A stretch of DNA of 64,000 bases from Prevotella sp. UBA5387. Lineage in GTDB: Bacteria > Bacteroidota > Bacteroidia > Bacteroidales > Bacteroidaceae. Positions 18,552 through 26,584 of this stretch are shown here, one piece after another (within the stretch, counting starts at the first letter, position 1; each line of letters begins with the position of its first letter). The stretch covers positions 16,457 to 80,456 of the forward strand of contig DHOP01000009.1 of assembly GCA_002407775.1 (NCBI GenBank), in the 5' to 3' direction. A program made the translations under genes and the position numbers. The notes under the pieces are model-generated. The model made no database searches, was not told where the DNA came from, and worked only from the letters and a program-made list of their open reading frames with translations.

Positions 18552-20366
18552 ATGATTATGAACAGCATGAAAAAAACGATATTATCACTTCTCGCTTTAA
18601 TCATGGCCTGCACTCTACAGGCTCAAAGCACACAGACTCTTTATAAGGCTACTCCGAGAGCTAACTCAAAGATTTACGTACAGGACAACACTGGATGGAA
18701 TGACCTTTCGCTTTATGCATGGATTGGATCTGGCGAGAATGGAAACATGAAGCCCTGGCCAGGAATCCATTATACTGGTGTTACAACCATTGCAGGGAAC
18801 CCATATAAGGTACTCGAAATGACCTCAAGCTATGAGGGACAACCACTCAACTGGATATTCAACAACAACAATGGGGGAAAGCAATTTGATGCAATGAAAA
18901 ACTTCACGCTCACTGACGACCTCTATATGCGTATCACTGCCACAGGCTACGAGTTGCTTGCCGACCCTGATCCGATACCCGCCGTTGCGCCTGTTTACGG
19001 CACTTCTACAGCTTACGACAACGTTGGAACCAAGCCACTGAGCGATAACCATCGTGTCATCTACCAGATCAACCTGTACGACTTCACCGCCGAAGGTACC
19101 TTTGCAGCTGCCCAAGCACGTCTCGATGAGCTGCAAAAGCTTGGCATAGACATAGTATGGCTGATGCCTATCTTCCCCAGAAGCAATGTCAACAAGTGGG
19201 GCACGCTTGGCTCTCCATATGCACCCAAGAGCTATTACAAGACCAATCCTGACCATGGTACGATGGAAGACTTCAAGGCTTTCGTTATTGCAGCACATCA
19301 GCGGGGCATGAAAGTGTGGCTCGATTGGGTTCCCAACCATACCGCCATGGACGCAGACTGGATAACAGAGCACCCAGAATACTACTACAAAGAGAATGGC
19401 AACTTTTACCATCCCAGTAGTGGTTCGATCTTATACGGAGATGTTTATCAGCTCGATATGCGCGACACCAACCCCGCTACACAGCAGGCTATGACAGATG
19501 CCATGTGCTTTTGGGTGGACAACACTGACGTAGACGGCTTCCGTTGCGACTTCATTTCGAGCCCTTTTATACCCACAAGCTTTTGGCTAAATGTGATTCC
19601 AGAGCTGCGCAAGCATAAGCCCAGCGTGGAAGTAATGGCTGAAGCGGATCTATCTGGTTCTGTACCAAGGCTGCTTCCAGCCGATTGGGACTTCGATTAT
19701 GCCTGGGGTTTCGAGGAGAACTTGGAGCAAGCAGCCAAGCTTTCGACCGGCGAGGGCATCACGGTTAAGAGTTATCTTGCAAGTCTTTGGAACAACACGG
19801 ACTATGGCAATGGCATAGACCGCATGGTTTACCTTGACAATCACGACCGGAATGCCGATCATGGCACAGTGAAGACGCGCTTCGGAAATAAGCTCGGAGC
19901 TTATTACACGTTGCAATTCACTGCTTACGGCATGCCGCTCATCTACAATGGAGACGAGACTGGTTACGATAAGGTCATGCCTATCGTGGAGATATTACCC
20001 ATTGACTGGACTTATGCCGATCCACAAATCAAGAACACTGTCTCTACCCTTGTGGCTCTGAAGCACACTGTTCCTGCTTTTGCCAATGGCAATGTAAGCG
20101 AGCGCGGAAGCATCAGATACCTGAGTACGGACAACGGCAATGTACTTGCTTATGAGCGTAGCAACGGTGATAGCCGTGCTTTGGTTATCCTTAACTTCGG
20201 TAGTCAGAGTGCAACGGTAGCAGTGAATGGCGTGTATGCAGGTAACTATACGCAGCTATTAAATAGCGAGACCATCTCCCAAGGCGCATCTCAACGTACT
20301 GCGACTCTTAGCGAGAGTACTCGTTTCTCCATTCCTGCCTATGGCTATCATGTTTATGTGAAGTGA
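18552..20366 (+). CDS. GH13 alpha-amylase with N-terminal CBM26-like module (SusG-like)
   Basis: Signal peptide. N-terminal KIYVQDNTGWNDLSLYAW...WPG...WIFNNNNGGKQFD. GH13 conserved regions: LDWVPNHT, DGFRCDFISS, EVMAEAD, VYLDNHDRN. Confidence 0.9.
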   Translation: MIMNSMKKTILSLLALIMACTLQAQSTQTLYKATPRANSKIYVQDNTGWNDLSLYAWIGSGENGNMKPWPGIHYTGVTTIAGNPYKVLEMTSSYEGQPLNWIFNNNNGGKQFDAMKNFTLTDDLYMRITATGYELLADPDPIPAVAPVYGTSTAYDNVGTKPLSDNHRVIYQINLYDFTAEGTFAAAQARLDELQKLGIDIVWLMPIFPRSNVNKWGTLGSPYAPKSYYKTNPDHGTMEDFKAFVIAAHQRGMKVWLDWVPNHTAMDADWITEHPEYYYKENGNFYHPSSGSILYGDVYQLDMRDTNPATQQAMTDAMCFWVDNTDVDGFRCDFISSPFIPTSFWLNVIPELRKHKPSVEVMAEADLSGSVPRLLPADWDFDYAWGFEENLEQAAKLSTGEGITVKSYLASLWNNTDYGNGIDRMVYLDNHDRNADHGTVKTRFGNKLGAYYTLQFTAYGMPLIYNGDETGYDKVMPIVEILPIDWTYADPQIKNTVSTLVALKHTVPAFANGNVSERGSIRYLSTDNGNVLAYERSNGDSRALVILNFGSQSATVAVNGVYAGNYTQLLNSETISQGASQRTATLSESTRFSIPAYGYHVYVK

Positions 20367-20463
20367 TGGAGCAAAGCCTTGGCAATACTGGATGTTAGCC
20401 AGATTGAATATTTAGGATAACTATTGCCGTATGCTTGCTTTTCCGCACAAGGGCAATTATCTG

Positions 20464-20570
20464 TTCAGTATAATTGATTCATATCGTGATTCAATTTGAT
20501 TTATGGTGTGATTCAATTTGATTCACTCTCTGATTCAATTTGATTCACTCTCTGATTCAATTTGATTCAC
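20464..20570 (+). repeat. Array B of the repeat family (1 degenerate + 4 full units)
   Basis: Degenerate unit at 20464 (TTCAGTATAATTGATTCAT). Full units start at 20486, 20508, 20530 and 20552: GTGATTCAATTTGATTTAT, GTGATTCAATTTGATTCAC, CTGATTCAATTTGATTCAC, CTGATTCAATTTGATTCAC. Exact 22-bp period. Confidence 0.95.
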
Positions 20571-20839
20571 AACCCGAATGGAGCCTTCTTGCATGATGAC
20601 AAGGACAAGCTGAGAAAATCAACAACGCCAGTTGGGCAACTCCAAAGCATGATAATGCCTGATGTGAGGAAGATTAGCTTTATGGATTATTATGTCCATA
20701 AGGATTGATCCTGATGCATTTGCTTGTCTGCAATATAAGCAGTCGTGCCCAAAAGCATAGGTGCTTGCTTATACCTTCCTTTCATTATCTCTTACCATAT
20801 CATCCTTTTTGATTTGAACGATAGATTTTCAGCATCTTA

Positions 20840-22186
20840 TTAAAGAAAGTGATTGATTATGATTTGACCATTATGTATCCAAAGCGTAATAGTTATTGCA
20901 AAGACAACACTTCTCCAAGGATAAACCATTTTGGAGGGTAATGACTTAAACAAATAGCCAAAAGCAACAGGGATAACAAACATCCAACCAGACGCCATGA
21001 TGTATACCTCGTTTATTGCAAAGCCCAAAATCAGGTTAAGCATGATGTCGATGCCTAGCCAACAAAGCAACATTTGCAGAAGTTTTTGCCTTCGTCCAAC
21101 CCATATTCCGGCAAAAAAGATGAGCGTCACAACAGCCACTAAAGCATAAGGAAACCAGGACCGATAATGAACAATCATTGGGCGATCTTTCAATGTATCT
21201 TTTAACGCGTAGTCTTTGTGGAGCATCATTGACTCGCCAAGGAAATTTTCGATGATGGTTGGAATGCGTGGTGTAGCAAAATCCATCATATAAAGTAGTC
21301 CACTTGGGCGGAAATGCTTTGGACCGTTTTGTGCAATCCATTTAGCTTGGGCGTCGATCTGCTGTTGGGTTAAACCATTTTTCTTTTCGTTAGCTTTGGC
21401 AATGGTTTCATATTTCTTCTTCTGAGGCACCTCATAGACTTGATATTGATATTGTCTAATGGCCATAAGAGCTATCAAAGGCAAAACTACACCTAAAAGA
21501 AAGAACTTTGGTCTGAAAGCTTTTCGGCCATTACAGAACCCACCGGCAACGATGGTTTTCAAACCGTTTGACGTGGCAATTCCAGACGTAAAGAAGAGCA
21601 GAATCATTGATTGCCATGATTTCAGCATCCGTCCTTGTTGCATACACTTGCCCACAATGTAGGCTGTCATCGTAAGCAGCATCATAGAAATGGCAAAATG
21701 CTCAGGCACCATTGTCGCAAGTAGTACATGACCAAAGGAAAAGAGCAAGGCAACCAATAGCAGTGCATCAAGCCGACGCAGACCTAAAAGTTCGTGTAGT
21801 ATGCGATATACGAAGATAACAGTATAGACTGCGGAAAAGATAATGATTATACCTACAAAGATAACGGCAAAATTTACATCTATTACCTTCATCAACCAAC
21901 TGTTCAACAGATACATCGGATACAGGAAAGTGTAGTATAGCGGATGCCGAATTGACCTGAAGATGATACGACCTTCTGAAATGACATACCACGAAGTGCA
22001 GTCGTATCCAGATACGTTATATCGAGTAGAGAATATTGTCCAAAATCCCCCTGATGCGCCATCTGTGTATGCCTTCCAATGTACGCCAACAAGAAGGGCG
22101 TTGAGCGCAAAAAAAACTAATAAGGCGACGAGTGCCAATCCCCGTTCCCCACGCTTGATGCAAAATATCTTTAGCGGATTCGTCAT
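20840..22186 (-). CDS. Polytopic inner-membrane protein, paralog 2 of a GT-C-like pair (possibly DUF6080-type)
   Basis: 448 aa with many hydrophobic helices. Clearly paralogous to 22223-23662: shared VP(D/E)HF..SM, IENFLGES..LH.DY.LKD, GIW.GRR, LGF.INE.YIM, GYLFK. Family label is from memory only. Confidence 0.6.
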   Translation of the reverse strand: MTNPLKIFCIKRGERGLALVALLVFFALNALLVGVHWKAYTDGASGGFWTIFSTRYNVSGYDCTSWYVISEGRIIFRSIRHPLYYTFLYPMYLLNSWLMKVIDVNFAVIFVGIIIIFSAVYTVIFVYRILHELLGLRRLDALLLVALLFSFGHVLLATMVPEHFAISMMLLTMTAYIVGKCMQQGRMLKSWQSMILLFFTSGIATSNGLKTIVAGGFCNGRKAFRPKFFLLGVVLPLIALMAIRQYQYQVYEVPQKKKYETIAKANEKKNGLTQQQIDAQAKWIAQNGPKHFRPSGLLYMMDFATPRIPTIIENFLGESMMLHKDYALKDTLKDRPMIVHYRSWFPYALVAVVTLIFFAGIWVGRRQKLLQMLLCWLGIDIMLNLILGFAINEVYIMASGWMFVIPVAFGYLFKSLPSKMVYPWRSVVFAITITLWIHNGQIIINHFL

Positions 22187-22222
22187 TTTGAATAACTGAA
22201 GCTAAGTGATGAGTATTAATTA

Positions 22223-23662
22223 TTAATTGAGTAAATATCCGACAAACAAAGAGCCATTCCATGCCATGAGGAATAGAACTATCGTTAGTACGGTAAGCCT
22301 TAATGGGATGTGAAGTTTACCATTTGAAACCTTCTTGAACAAGTAACCCATAGCAATTGGAAAAACAAAGAGCCAGTGGGCAGACATAATATATATCTCG
22401 TTGATTCCAAAACCAAGTACAACATGAATAAGCATATCAAAGGCGAGGAAGCTCAATGCCAACCATAGAAAGCGGCTGCGACGACCACACCATATACCGA
22501 CAAGGAAAAGAACCACAAGCAGCGCCTCTATAATATAGTTGATGGCAAACCGATATTTCACAATGACAGGACGACTAACGAGGTTGTCCTTCAGTAGGTA
22601 ATCGGAATGGAGCTGAATGGATTCGCCTAAAAGATTCTCTACAATCGATGGCCATCGTGCAGTGGTGACATCAGTCCACTGAGAGAATTCGCCATGAGCA
22701 ATAGGCTTACCAATATTCTTACGCCAGGGTTTCTTGTTATTTCGGGCTTGGCGTGCAGCCACCTGTTTGTTGAGAACTCGTTGTATTCCTGCTTGGATAG
22801 CTGCCGAATCCTTTAGTCTTGTAGTGTCACGGAAAGCCTTTGCAACACGTGCTTGTCTAATGCTATCGACCTCAGCGCGCTTTTGTTGGCGGGCTGCATA
22901 CTTTGGCTTTTCATAGATTTTCCATTCCCATCTGGCCGTCCCCCAAATTATTGCACACGGTAACAATACTACCAAAAGTATGTTTACAGGATGCCAGAAA
23001 CGCTTGCCATTGACAAAAAGATTCGCCAAGAGCACCTTTATGCCGTTGTTTAGCGAGATACCTGCAGTGATAAAGAATAAAAGAATAGTTTGCCAACGGG
23101 AGAGAGAATTCTTGGATTGAATCTTTCGTCCTGCCACATAGAGCGTGAGAACAAGCATGAACATTGACAGAATGAAGTGGTCGGGAACGCATGACGAAAG
23201 CATAATGAGGGCAAAACTATAGGTCAATGCGCCAAGCAACCACGAGTCTATCCATGGTAAATGGATAATATCGCGGAAGATACGACATAGGAAAATAAAC
23301 GCATAGAAGGCACAAAAGACCAAGACAAAGGCCACAATAAACTGTACAAAGTTATACCCTGTCAGAGCCATTAGACCTCTGTTGAGCTGTGCTGGAAGCC
23401 ACCAGAAGAAGGCAAGAAGCGGATGCCGATAGATATTATAATAAGCGTCCCAATCAGATACTACGGCATAAGTTAGTGGATCAAAGCCTGATATATGGAA
23501 TGTGCGTGTGAAAAGGCGCTTATAATTGTCGCTCGAATTGATAAACTGCTGTATGTACTGCGCAATGACCATGGCATTGAGAGCTACGATATAGAGCATT
23601 GCTACAAGTGCTGCCCACCGCTCTTCATGTCTGATTTTGAAGATTCCTATTATTCTTTTCAT
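22223..23662 (-). CDS. Polytopic inner-membrane protein, paralog 1 of a GT-C-like pair (possibly DUF6080-type)
   Basis: 479 aa. First loop HISGFDPLTY...RHPLL; multiple TM helices. Basic ~70-aa insert (KPKYAARQQKRAEVDSIRQARVAKAF...). Operonic with GtrA and a UbiA-family phosphoribosyltransferase. Confidence 0.6.
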   Translation of the reverse strand: MKRIIGIFKIRHEERWAALVAMLYIVALNAMVIAQYIQQFINSSDNYKRLFTRTFHISGFDPLTYAVVSDWDAYYNIYRHPLLAFFWWLPAQLNRGLMALTGYNFVQFIVAFVLVFCAFYAFIFLCRIFRDIIHLPWIDSWLLGALTYSFALIMLSSCVPDHFILSMFMLVLTLYVAGRKIQSKNSLSRWQTILLFFITAGISLNNGIKVLLANLFVNGKRFWHPVNILLVVLLPCAIIWGTARWEWKIYEKPKYAARQQKRAEVDSIRQARVAKAFRDTTRLKDSAAIQAGIQRVLNKQVAARQARNNKKPWRKNIGKPIAHGEFSQWTDVTTARWPSIVENLLGESIQLHSDYLLKDNLVSRPVIVKYRFAINYIIEALLVVLFLVGIWCGRRSRFLWLALSFLAFDMLIHVVLGFGINEIYIMSAHWLFVFPIAMGYLFKKVSNGKLHIPLRLTVLTIVLFLMAWNGSLFVGYLLN

Positions 23663-23665
23663 CGT

Positions 23666-24070
23666 TTACCGCTTCAAAAAGAACCTCACCAAGAGGAAAT
23701 TAATAGGCACACAGATGGCAAACATAGGTATTGGAGCAAGTGGTTTGGACACGCCTACCTTGATGAAAAGCCATAGCAGAAGCATCTGTAGGCAATAGTT
23801 GATGACGTGGCTCAATGCAAATCCTGCCCCCCGACGGGCGTTAGGCCTGACCCGAAAGGTAAAATGGGTGCTAGCAAAGAAGTTGAACAGGAAACTCAGG
23901 GCGTAGCCAACGGTGTTGGCAATCCCCGCATTGACCCAACGAAGCATAAGCAGATAGATGCCGTATTGTAGCAAAGTGGCTACCACTCCTACAATTCCGA
24001 AGCGAACAACCTCACCTAATCGTTGCATCTTCTCGCTATCTAAATGGCTTATAATGGGCTTCATCTGCAT
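23666..24070 (-). CDS. GtrA-family small membrane protein (lipid-linked sugar translocation-associated)
   Basis: 134 aa with four hydrophobic segments. RFGIVGVVATLLQYGIYLLML...NTVGYALSFLFNFFASTHFTFR is typical GtrA-like. The start may instead be the internal ATG at 24028, which would remove the 35-nt overlap with the HAD gene. Confidence 0.75.
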   Translation of the reverse strand: MQMKPIISHLDSEKMQRLGEVVRFGIVGVVATLLQYGIYLLMLRWVNAGIANTVGYALSFLFNFFASTHFTFRVRPNARRGAGFALSHVINYCLQMLLLWLFIKVGVSKPLAPIPMFAICVPINFLLVRFFLKR

Positions 24071-24641
24071 AACTTAACATCTCTTTGTCGCCACGGCTAT
24101 CGCCGAATGCTGCAATATAATAGGTAGAACGAGGTTGAGGAAGTAAGGCTTTGATACGTCGAACCTTCTCTGCTCCAAAACAGTTGGGGGTAAGAAAGCG
24201 CCCCGTTACAACACCTTCTTTTGTCTCTATCTGTGTGCCTACAACGTGAGGAGAACCTTGTGGCAAGGTCTCGAAGAACGGGCAGACCCAGTTATCGATG
24301 CTAGCGCTCACTACAAAAACATGCGCACCGTCCTCCAATGCATGTTGCATTTCTGCTAATCCAAGCGGACGCAACAATCGTTCACGATGGTCTTGAGCAA
24401 AGGAGTGGCATAGTTGGTCAAACTTCTCAATATCAATACCCTTGAAGAAGTGAGCAAATACTTTTTGCTTTGCCTTGCCATTGGAGTATAAATGCAGCTT
24501 CATCATTACTAGCAGAGGGGAATAAAGCAACAGTCCTAGCCAGAAACGACATGCTCCCTTGGCATAGATGATAAAGGCCAAGAGTGTATCACGTGTGGTC
24601 AACGTACCATCGAAGTCAAAAAGATATACTTTATTGCCCAT
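24036..24641 (-). CDS. HAD-superfamily (subfamily IB-like) phosphatase
   Basis: 201 aa. Motif I FDFDGTLT; later VVSAS and GDSRGDKEML (motifs II-IV). Confidence 0.75.
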   Translation of the reverse strand: MGNKVYLFDFDGTLTTRDTLLAFIIYAKGACRFWLGLLLYSPLLVMMKLHLYSNGKAKQKVFAHFFKGIDIEKFDQLCHSFAQDHRERLLRPLGLAEMQHALEDGAHVFVVSASIDNWVCPFFETLPQGSPHVVGTQIETKEGVVTGRFLTPNCFGAEKVRRIKALLPQPRSTYYIAAFGDSRGDKEMLSYADEAHYKPFR

Positions 24642-24658
24642 AACTTCTAGCTTTTAAC

Positions 24659-25549
24659 TCACTTAGCATAGATAATCAGCAAGAATGAAATGAGCCATGC
24701 CAAACCGTCCAACTGTATGAAACGGTCGCGCAAAATGACCTTGGTCGGATTACCACTCTTCTTTTCTACCACTGCAATTTGGATATAACGTAACAATCCC
24801 ACAAGCACAAAGACGCTCGTAAGGTAGAGGTAATCGTTATGAAATTGAGCGATTACTTCAGGGCTGACGGTATACATGATGTAACAAACAAGTGTTACCG
24901 CTGCCGTGATGGTGATTGCCTGATTGATGAATGTGAGGTTATAATGAATGGTATTTCTACGTGGAGCCTCGCCTGTTGCCTCCATTCGAAGCACGTCATC
25001 ACGTCTTTTGGCAAAGCTCATGAATAGCGTTAGGAGGAACGTCATGAGCACAATCCACTTACTTAGCATAATATCAGTGGCTTGGCCACCGGCAAACAAT
25101 CTCAGTACAAACCCGAAAGCAACGATGCAAACGTCAATAATGGCATATTGCTTGAGTCGCGCACAATAGGCAAGATTTAGCAACCAATAGAACAGAACGA
25201 TGCCGGCGACATGCAGCATAGCCGTCTTCCCTACCCAATAAAGCAATCCTACAGATAACAATGATAGTACAAACATCAATCCCATAAGTCCGTAAGCTTG
25301 CGCTACAGACACCGCACCTGAAGCTATCGGGCGGCTTTTCTTTTCAGGATGACGCCTGTCATCAGCTAAGTCATAGATATCATTGAAGCAATATACGCTT
25401 GATGCGGCAAAACAAAAAGCTAAGAAAGTGATGATGCCGGCTGTTAACGCTTTGCCGTTGAGCAGTTCGCCTCCAAAGACAATTGGACCAAAAACGAAAA
25501 GATTCTTGATCCATTGTGCCGGTCTTATGAGTTTTATGAGATGTTTCAT
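24659..25549 (-). CDS. UbiA-family polyprenyl-phosphate 5-phosphoribosyltransferase (decaprenyl-phosphate phosphoribosyltransferase-like)
   Basis: 296 aa, about 8 TM helices. RPAQWIKNLFVF and NDIYDLADDRRHPEKKSRPIASG match the signature of the Rv3806c-type DPPR synthase branch of the UbiA family (ND..D...D..HP.K..RPIA.G). Confidence 0.75.
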   Translation of the reverse strand: MKHLIKLIRPAQWIKNLFVFGPIVFGGELLNGKALTAGIITFLAFCFAASSVYCFNDIYDLADDRRHPEKKSRPIASGAVSVAQAYGLMGLMFVLSLLSVGLLYWVGKTAMLHVAGIVLFYWLLNLAYCARLKQYAIIDVCIVAFGFVLRLFAGGQATDIMLSKWIVLMTFLLTLFMSFAKRRDDVLRMEATGEAPRRNTIHYNLTFINQAITITAAVTLVCYIMYTVSPEVIAQFHNDYLYLTSVFVLVGLLRYIQIAVVEKKSGNPTKVILRDRFIQLDGLAWLISFLLIIYAK

Positions 25550-26574
25550 TTAGGCAAACACTTAGATAATTGGGCTGAAATCCAATCTGCGGCTTTGCTC
25601 AACAACCATGCCAAAGGAACGGAAATGATGGCCATTACCACAAACTTGGACCAATAACCCCAATGCTTTGGAAGATATAGAAGTACGAATTGGACATGGA
25701 TAAGATAGATTTCCAAACTGACTGTTCCCAAAAAACGGAAGCACTGTTTCAGTCTATTCGCAGTACGACGGATAAGGAAATTAAGGAGCAAAATTGCCGA
25801 AATTGTCAGTGGAATATACACCAAGCGCTCAATGAAAAGTGGGAATTGGCCATGCTTTACTTGTTCAAGATAAAGGCTCAAAGTCAATCCCGCTAAGAAA
25901 ACGAGCAGTATCAGCCAAATACTCATGCCGTCCATGCGTCTACCTTGACGCACCATTTCCCCCATGTTAATGCCGATAAAGAAAATGGGAACACGACTCC
26001 AAAAGATTTCCAAATGTCCAACGGCATCATTGATAGGTGCCACCCACTGAACGGCAACACACCACAAGATCATCAAGATGGGTATCCAACGGTAGGCCGG
26101 ATGGCGCTTAATCAACTCCATATAGGCAGGAGCAAAGATATAAAGCATCATTGTGGCAGGGACATACCAAAACGTCAACTCACCATTAAGCCAAAAATCC
26201 CAGTTAATCAGGATGTCGCCAGCCAAGTCGATCCATGCCAAGGCATCTCCGCCACGAAATCGTGGAATATAATAAAGGCAGGAGACAATGAGCCATGCCG
26301 GATAGATTCGTAGGTAACGACGACTGAAAAAATGCTTCATACTTGGCATCTTCATCCACGAAAACCACAAACCGATGCCACTAAGGAACAAGAATATGTC
26401 AACGCCAATATTGCCCAGACGCATTAATCCAAAGAATGTGTCGTAGCGAGGTAAGCCGATATGGAAGAACATAATAAACACCATAGCCAGTCCCATCAGC
26501 TCTCCGCGATAGCGGCTGATGTCACCCAGATCAATTTCGGGAATGGTTCGGAGTTTTTGTTGTTGCTCTGCCAT
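25546..26574 (-). CDS. Acyltransferase family 3 membrane protein (O-acyl/acetyl transferase)
   Basis: Multi-TM protein with an acyltransferase-3-like N-terminus (...RGELMGLAMVFIMFFH...). Start set at ATG 26574 (MAEQQQ) to avoid a 59-nt overlap. Its TGA overlaps the ATG of the next gene (ATGA at 25546-25549). Confidence 0.65.
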   Translation of the reverse strand: MAEQQQKLRTIPEIDLGDISRYRGELMGLAMVFIMFFHIGLPRYDTFFGLMRLGNIGVDIFLFLSGIGLWFSWMKMPSMKHFFSRRYLRIYPAWLIVSCLYYIPRFRGGDALAWIDLAGDILINWDFWLNGELTFWYVPATMMLYIFAPAYMELIKRHPAYRWIPILMILWCVAVQWVAPINDAVGHLEIFWSRVPIFFIGINMGEMVRQGRRMDGMSIWLILLVFLAGLTLSLYLEQVKHGQFPLFIERLVYIPLTISAILLLNFLIRRTANRLKQCFRFLGTVSLEIYLIHVQFVLLYLPKHWGYWSKFVVMAIISVPLAWLLSKAADWISAQLSKCLPK

Positions 26575-26584
26575 TGTGATATTT

